Shown in pieces: positions 56,304 through 64,000 of a DNA stretch of 64,000 nucleotides. This DNA comes from the human T2T-CHM13v2.0 reference genome, Homo sapiens. Where the stretch lies: the NCBI RefSeq assembly GCF_009914755.1, contig NC_060935.1; one strand, 5' to 3'. A program made the translations under genes and the position numbers. Each line of letters opens with the position of its first letter. Position 1 is the first letter of the stretch. Under the pieces are notes generated by a model. That model was not told where the DNA came from. It saw nothing but the letters and a program-made list of their open reading frames with translations, and made no database searches.

Positions 56304-56964
56304 TGATAAACATGTAAGTGCATTTCTGTATTTGTTTTTTGACATCAGTGTATTGTTTAACACACACACACCAAGGATTGATTGAATTTGCATCAGCTCT
56401 ATGGATCAATTTGGAAAGGATTAACATTATTACTACAGTGAGTCTTTCAAGACATGAACATAATATATGCCTTCTTTACGTAGGTCTTCTTTAAGTTCTC
56501 TCAATATTTTTTTACAGATTTCAGTGTAGACGTCTTGCACATCTTTTGTTAGATTTAATAATCATTGCCTGTATTAATTGTTTTATTAGGAATTGCCAAA
56601 TGATTTTCTATCATTTACATTCATTAGCTAGAATTATCCTATAAATAAAAACTCTCCCTCGTTCTCTAAGACTATTTAATTTTCCTGATACACCGTTCAT
56701 ACCAAAAAGGTAAGATAAATGCTTATTTCCTTTCAATTAATAATTTTTTAACAAATAATTTGGTGCCTTGGCAATCTCCAAAACTGTCTAGTTTTATCTT
56801 TCTCTTTTGAACTATAATGATTTTTATATATTCAATGTTTTTATATATATTCAATGTTTTTATAAATTGTTGGCATATGTTGGGTTTTCAAATTATCCCA
56901 TCGTTAGACAGAATGTCCCTTCAAGCTAGCTCCTGTTTTTTTTTACAAACTTTTTTTTTTAACC

Positions 56965-57690
56965 TAGGTTTCCCCAAGTTAGAGCCCAAGGAAAGGACTT
57001 CTGTGTAAGCAGTGCATTTTGGAAAGTGATTCCAGAGAAGGAGTGAATGCCATGGGGAATGCTAGGAAGAGGGGACATGTTTGCCACTGGGAGCCTTTTT
57101 CTTTTTTTCTAACTAGTATTTTTTGAGAAGCATTTTAAAACATGTCTCAGAATTATCCACCTAATGGCAAAGAGGTAAAGCATTTATACACTGGCTACTA
57201 CTCCTCACTGATCAAGAGTAGCCTCCTGGGTATTTATTCCATCCAAATTCCCAGTTGCACATGCATGACCATTAGGTGGGTTCCTACCAAGTTTCTACAC
57301 CTTTCAAAGAGTCAGATACGCCCCAGGGTGGAAAACAAGTGATCAGTAGCACAACCAGACAGGAAGCATTATCTGTTTATCCCTGTACAAAACCTGTCAA
57401 AGCTTGCATGAACAACTGACCACAGCTATGACCAAAATAAGAGGTGAGGCTGGGAAGACATTGAATGTTGCACAAGAGGTGTCCAGTGACTCTGAGCTAT
57501 TCATGCATCTCATAAGTCTAGTCTATCACAGAACCTCCTTCAACAGTGATCAGCCACAATTTCTGCAAGGATTCCATGTAAGTGGATAAGTTGAACAAAT
57601 TATAGTTCCCACTGCTCAGCAGGTCCAAAGGCCATGATTGGGATAGTCATCACATGCCACCTTCATCCTTACTTCAGCCTGCAGCATACT
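56965..57690. mobile_element. Old ERVL-type LTR (LTR16/LTR33-like), possibly with adjacent internal sequence
   Basis: tccccaagttagagcccaaggaaaggactt...ttttggaaagtgattccagaga...ctcagaattatccacc. Weak similarity from memory. Confidence 0.4.
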
Positions 57691-57713
57691 TCTGAAAAGA
57701 AGTTAATCTCTTC

Positions 57714-59389
57714 TGAGGGTTTGGTCTTTTTTTTTTTTTTTTTTTTTTACCTTTAGTATACATGTGATTGCTATATTGTAAATGCAGGTTCCTGAAAGAC
57801 TGTTTCTGTAAGCAGAATGACGCCACACAAAGTGAAAAGGTTTTCCTCTTATTCCAGCAGTGTCTTGTCTTCAAAGAGGAGTCCATTACATCTTGCCTTG
57901 ATTTTTATGGTTGTGTTCTTGGATGGAAAGCTGAAGTGGGTAGTAATTTCCAAATGTTCTTTATAATATCCACCCTGTATATTATAAGCAAAGTTGTTTC
58001 GTATTTTGTTGTATCTTTTTCTGTTTAGCACTTTATGGCTTTTTAAGTCTACTGCATTTGAGAATGTAGTTTAGAAATTCTTTCACTGTTAAAGCCATGT
58101 GAAAACTAATAGAGGATAATGAAAGTGAGTGTACATTATTTTGTGTTTAACTTCCTGGTTTGTGGTGTGTGTAAACAAAACATTAGAAATATATTGTCTT
58201 TTTATAATAATACTCTTTGACCTCATTTAAAGTGATCTGCCATGAGGTCTCAATGATCAAGCTTATGTTTATTCTAGTGTGTTTTATTCTAATACCTAAG
58301 GAATTCAGCCAACTTTGTTTCTATCATCGGATAGTCTCAGAAAATAATGTGCTTTATCTATATTACTGCCTCTTTTCAATATTTAAGAGAATAATTGTCT
58401 TCTGGTTTCTACTGAGCCTAGTAATAATCACTAAAGACCTAAAAAAAAAGTGAGTAATCTTTTCCTTCCATTAGAGTATTTGAATAGCCCATTCAAGATA
58501 ATGGTGGTGTGAAAGTAAGTCATCCAAGCTTTTCCGCCACATCTAAATTTTTATTTAATTAATTAAATAATTAACACCCACTTCCAAAGAGTTCAAATGT
58601 TGTCTTAAAGCAGTCACTACTAATTTGCGTTAATCCTGTATATTCAGTGGATGCGAAGTCATAACTTGGTATTGTATCAGAAGTCGTGTTAGTCACTGGT
58701 CTTGCTCTTTGAACATTATTTTCATTTGTAAAATGAGGGAATTGGTTTGTTATGATGGGAAATAAGTTAATTTTAAGGGTCCTGAGAAAGTTGCTTCATT
58801 CATGGCAGTGTTTGGGATCACTTAACTTTTTTTTCAGGTATTTGGTGTCATGTTTTTGGAGTTAATGTTTGGTGCTTACATAATTTTTAATTATTACATA
58901 ATTTTTATTGGTACATGTTTACAGGTATTCTCACCAAACCAGTGGAATGATAGTCTCTCTTAATATGTTATTGCCTGCAATGGCCAAGTAGATATGCCTG
59001 AAAGTCATATGAAAGGTTTTACATGTCTATTAAAATGTGTGTGTACTTTTAAATCTGTAAATGTTATCTGGAATTTTTATTGTGTTAATTTCAGAAGTAT
59101 ATGGGCATTATGACTTTTTCATTGTACAAAAAACATTATTATATTCATAAACATTGGAATACAGAAGTTTCTTGACTGACAATAGGGCTATGTTCCAATA
59201 GACCCACTGTAAACTGAAAATACCATAAGTTAAAAATGCATTTAATACACCAAACCTACTGAACATCCTAGCTTAGCCTAACCTATCTTAAATGTGCTCA
59301 GAACACTTAATGTTGGCCTATAGCTGGGCAAAATCATCTAATACAAAACCTTTTTTATAATAAAATGTTTAATATCTCAGAAAAAAAAG
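57714..59389 (+). pseudogene. 5'-truncated retrocopy of an unidentified mRNA 3'UTR, ending in a MER47-derived poly(A) site
   Basis: 16-bp TSD agaagt(t/c)aatctcttc at 57698-57713 and 59390-59405; AATAAA at 59359-59364; A-run from 59381; AU/GU-rich UTR-like body. Confidence 0.8.
59162..59379 (+). mobile_element. Truncated MER47A-type (TcMar-Tigger) DNA transposon
   Basis: ta|cagaag...aaatgcatttaatacaccaaacctactgaacatcctagcttagcctaacctatcttaaatgtgctcagaacactta...aaaatcatctaatacaaa. The 3' third and right TIR are missing. Confidence 0.8.
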
Positions 59390-59449
59390 AGAAGTCAATC
59401 TCTTCCCCTGCCTTGTTCCTGTCCAGTCATGTTCCTAGGAAAACTAAGA

Positions 59450-59750
59450 GGCTGGACATAGTTGTTCACACCTGTTAATCCCAGCACTTTGGGAGGCTGT
59501 GGCGGGTGGATCACTTGAGGCCAGGAGTTCCACATCAGCCTGGCCAACATGGTAAAACCCCTTCTCTAAAAATACAAAAATTAGCCAGACGTAGTGGTGC
59601 ACACCTGTAATCCCAGCTACTTGGGAGGCTGAGGCATAAGAATTGCATGAACCCAGGAGGTGGAGGTTGCAGTGAGCCGAGATCATGGCTACTGCACTCC
59701 AGCCTGGGTGACAAAGTGAGACTCTGTCTTTAAAAAATAATTAAAAAATA
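59450..59750 (+). mobile_element. Alu (S/J)
   Basis: Full dimer. Confidence 0.95.
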
Positions 59751-59859
59751 AGTAACCAAGGTAGCTTTCCTTACCTTCCTGTTATGCTCATACATGTAAC
59801 ACACACGTAAACATTTTTTTAAACAACAATGTATATGTGTGTAATATAATCTCATTAAT

Positions 59860-61560
59860 GTGAATCAAATGAACAAAAAGAAAAAAAACTACCAACTCGA
59901 TCTAACATATCCAGAACACTCTATCCAACAACCACAGAACACATATGCTTCTCAAGTGCACATGGAACATTCTTCAGGAAGACCATATGTTAAGCCACAA
60001 ATGAAATCTCAGTAGATGTTAAGAGATAAAAATCATACAAAGTATCTTCTCTAACCACAGAAACATGAAGTTAGAAACCACTAACAGAAGGAAAACTTGA
60101 AAAATTACAAATTTGTGGATATTAAGCAACACATTCTTAAGAAAACAACAGGTCAAAGAAGAAATCACACAGGAAATCAGAAAATACTTAGAGATGAATA
60201 AAATGAGAACACAACATACCAAAACTTGTGGAATATAACAAAAGCAGTGCTGGGGGAGAAAAGTATAGCTGAAAATGCTTGTATTTTAAAAAGAGTGATG
60301 ATCTCAAATCAACAACTTTACAACTCAAGGAACTAGAAAAATGAGAACAAACAAAACCAAAATCTAGCCAAGGGAAGGGAATAATAATGATTAGAGCAGA
60401 AATACATAAAATAAAGAGCAGAAAAACAATAGAGAAAATTAACAAAACTCAAAATTGGTTCTTTGAAAAAAATTAATGAAACTGACAAACCTTTAGCTAG
60501 ACTGACTAAGAGAAAAAGAGAGAAGTCTCAAATTACTAAAACCAGAAATGAAAGTGAGGATATTACTACTAATTCTACAGAAATAAAAAAGATTTTAAGA
60601 GTATTATGGACAGTTGGACTCCAACAAATTGGATAACTGGTATAGTTTGAATGTTTCTGTTCCCTCTAAAATTCATGCTGAAATTTAATCCAAATGCAAC
60701 AGTATTAAGAGGTGTGACTCTTGGGAAGCAGAGCCCTCATGAATGGAATTAGGGGCCCAAGGGGTTTAACTGAGGGAGTTCACCCCTTTTCCCCTTCCAT
60801 GCCTTCCACCAAGTAAGGACATAGAGTTCCTCTTCTCCAAAGGATGCAGCAACAAGGTTTTATCTTGGAAGCAGCAGCTGGCCTCTCACCAGATCCTGCT
60901 GGCACCTTGACTGTGAACTCCCCAGCCTCCAGAACTGTGAGAAATAAATTTCTGGTCCTTATAAATTACTCAGTATTAGATATTTTGTTATAGCAGCACA
61001 AACAGACTAAGACAATAATGAAGATAATTCATAGAACCCACACAACCCATTAAAACTGAGTCATGGCAAGCCAAATCCGACAGCACATCAAAAAGATAAT
61101 TCACAATAGCCAAAATATGAAAACAATCCGAATATCCATCAAATGATGAACAAAATATATATGTACACACACACAATGGAATATCATTCTGCCTTCAAAA
61201 GGAATGAAAATCTGATACGTGACCCAACATGGATGAACTTGAAGGCATTACGCTAAGTCAAATAAGTCAGACACAAAAAGACAAATATTGTATGATTCCA
61301 TTTATATGAGGTACCTACAGTAGTCAAATTCACAGAGACAGAAAGAACAGTGGTTACCAAGGCTAGGGGGAGGGAGGAATGTGGAGTTACTGTTTAATGG
61401 GTACAGAGTTTCAGTGTGAGGTGATGAAAAGGTTCTGGAAATGGATAGTGATGACAGTTGCACAACCTGTGTAAATATACTTAATGTCACTGAACTGTGC
61501 AATTAAAAATAGATAAAATGGTAAAGTTTATATTTATTTTAACACATTTTAGAAAGAAAG
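59860..61560 (+). mobile_element. L1M ORF2 fragment and L1MB 3' end, interrupted by an MST/MLT1A-type LTR (~60638-61014)
   Basis: ORF2 motifs (ttctcaagtgcacatggaacattc, ttggttctttgaaaa); LTR tggtatagtttgaatg...cagactaagaca; L1MB 3' end 61090-61560. Confidence 0.8.
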
Positions 61561-61639
61561 AAAGGCATTCTATAGTTCAGTGTGGACCCTGCTAAGCCAC
61601 CCTCAACTTGTCCTTGTTACCTGCCTGGTTCTGTATTGA

Positions 61640-61949
61640 ATTTTTTTTTCTTTTCTTTTTTTTTTTTTTTTTTTGAGACAGGGTCTCACTCTGTCTCCTA
61701 GACTCCTAGACTGGAGTGCAGTGGCACCATCATAGCTCACTGCAGCCTCCAACGATCCTCCTGCCTCAGCCTCTCAAGTAGTTAGGATTACAAGTGTGTG
61801 CCACAATGCCTCGCTAATTTTTAAAATTTTTATAGAGATGGGGTCTTGCCGTGTTGTCCAGGCTCGTCTCAAACTCCTGGCCTCAAGCAATCCTCCCATC
61901 TTGACCTCCCAAAATGCTAGAATTACAGGTGTGAGCCACTGTATGGCCT
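61640..61949 (-). mobile_element. AluJ
   Basis: Poly-T plus an antisense J-type Alu. Confidence 0.9.
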
Positions 61950-63317
61950 GTATCTTGAATTTTCACCTCCTACATGCTTGCCTCTGTATCTTCAATTTTC
62001 AGTCATTTCTGGATAGTCTCAGGTTCTGATGAAGGATAAACCACCAGCCCCACAATGATAACTGCCATGTACTGCTGAGAACCTAGAAGCTGAGACTCAA
62101 AAGAGATTAACTGACTTCTCCCAGGTCACATAATCAAGCAGAAACAGGATCAAACACCTGCACCTGCCAGGACCCCCAAACCCTGTGTGCACCCCCAAAC
62201 CCTGATGCAACCATCAGAACTTCATCACAGCAATCCCTTTGTAACAACCTGCCAAGCTCCTGCTGCTGGAGGCACTGGACTCTGAAACCACATAGAAAGA
62301 GACATTGGGCTTAAAGTGGCATCCTTACAGGACAAGGCTAGCACTTTCCCATCATTTCATCAAGATTGGGCAAAGGGCCTGGTCTCTTTGCAACTGGGAC
62401 TCAGGGTGTGATGACAGACCTTCTGCCTCTAGAAGAATGCACTTAGCAGAAGACGGGCTTTCCCAATAGACTTAGAGTTTTGGAGGACTGTTATGGAATA
62501 GAAAGAAGGGAGGGACTGTTCTGGATCAGCAAGATTGACCAAAGAAAGGTTGGCACGAGGAACAGCCTAGGAGAAAAGTAATCTGGTGTGACAGGAAAGG
62601 TGAGAATGGAAGGAGAGAGGCAGAGATGGCTCAGACTCAAAGTTTGATGAGTGAGAACAGGATCCAGTGAGAAGAGCAGAGAGAAAGTCAAGGGGGATAT
62701 GGGCTCGGGGAGGAGACTTGCATTTAGGAAAGAGTGGAGGGCATGAAAGTAGGAGGGGGCCCAGTGAAAGGTAGGAGTCTCAGAGCAGGTAGGGAGGAGG
62801 CTATGAAAGAGGAGTCAGGGAGGCCCCATAAATGACCTAGTTACCATTTATTCAGATGGGCCCAAATACCACCTAGCTTCTGCAGGGCTCCAGGCCCTCT
62901 CATCCTTGGATCTCCCAGTCATGACCCCTCCCCAGGCAGGTTCTTCTAACTACAGGTTTGTGGGCAATGCAAGCACAAAGGTAGCAAGGCCAGCCAGCTG
63001 CAACTTTTTAACTTTACCAATGCATCATAACTATTTTCCTGGTCAATAAATATAAATCTAATTCATCATTTTTCAATGTAACACATCACAGAAATACAAT
63101 AAAAGGCATGCTATATTTAACTACTCCCATGTTGACAGACATTTGCTATCTTGCACAATGCTGCAATAAGGATCTTTAAGATTATTCTTATCTACTAATT
63201 CTGTACAGTGGAGTTCCTAAACTGATTATTGGGCAAATTGAATGGTATATTGAGATTTTTCTTTAACCCATCTTTAATGTTTGTTTATTTATCATGTAAA
63301 GCAAAAGGGGAGATATT

Positions 63318-63703
63318 CTGCTTTGGTTAGGATATGGAATTAGCTATATATAACAAAAACCTCAAGTAACTGTGACTTACATAGATATAATTTTATTTAT
63401 CTTTCCACCTAACAGTCTGGAGGTGGTCATTCCAGGTGGGCACTAGTGGACACTAGTTTAGTAGTCTACGCTAGTAGGAAACCACTGTGTGAAACTATCC
63501 AAGAATCTAGCTTCCTCTTGCCCTAACATTGGTCTAAGATGACCCATTACCATCTTCCAGGCAGCAGGAGAGGGGAAAGGGAGAAGATGGGCACACTCTC
63601 TTCTTTTCAGGACACCCCTCGGAGGTTGCCTGTATCATTTCCACTCACAGCCCATTGGCCTGAACTTAGTCACATAATTCCGCCTATCTAAAAGGAAGGC
63701 TGG
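63318..63703 (-). mobile_element. Old MLT1-type LTR fragment
   Basis: tagctatatataacaaaaacctcaagtaactgtgactta...cccattggcctgaacttagtcacat. Confidence 0.55.
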
Positions 63704-64000
63704 TGTGTTAGTCCGTTCTCAAACTGCTATAAAGAACTACCTGAGACTGGGTAATATATAAAGAAAAGAGGTTTAATCAACTCACAGTTCCACAGACTAT
63801 ATGGGAGGCATGACTGGGGAGGCCTCATGAAACTTACAATAATGGAAGAAGGGCAAGAGGGAAGCAGCAAAATCTTCACATGATGGCAGGAGAGAGAGAG
63901 CAAAGGGGGAAGTGCCACACACTTTTAAACAACCAGAGGCCTCATGAGAGCTCATTCACTGTCACAAGAACAGCAAGGGAGAAATTTGCCACCATGATCC
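63704..64000 (-). mobile_element. MSTA-type MaLR LTR (runs off the window)
   Basis: tgtgttagtccgttctcaaactgctataaagaactacctgagactgggtaat. Confidence 0.9.

Noticed and set aside
57727-57748. T22 run as the poly(A) tail of a minus-strand retrocopy
   Set aside because: The TSD pair, AATAAA and A-run place the insert on the plus strand; the T-run lies inside it and has no canonical minus-strand poly(A) signal.

Overview
This is primate (human-like) non-coding DNA, dominated by transposable elements (Alu, L1, L2, MIR, MaLR/ERVL/ERV1 LTR elements, hAT and Tigger DNA transposons). I found no intact protein-coding gene; nearly all listed ORFs are repeat-derived or chance. Repeat family names and gene homologies come from recalled consensus sequences, not database searches, and boundaries are approximate unless a target-site duplication (TSD) is quoted. 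The unique sequence holds a CpG island with two same-strand CTCF-like motifs and a strong minus-strand splice donor (~20.0-20.8 kb), an enhancer-like block (~13.1-13.75 kb) and a candidate minus-strand exon (2946-3012). The most notable items are retroposed host RNAs: (1) a decayed, spliced GNAS retrocopy (48215-48859, minus) whose 5' part may come from the imprinted non-coding A/B (exon 1A) transcript; (2) a 1.68-kb TSD-bounded 3'UTR-only retrocopy (57714-59389) whose poly(A) signal lies inside a MER47-type DNA transposon; (3) a 30-nt tailless U6 snRNA retrocopy with a perfect 15-bp TSD. Also present are an L-L-L-R Alu tetramer, a full-length L1PB with a large internal deletion, an Alu that re-used an L1 insertion site, and remnant ERVL and ERV1 proviruses.
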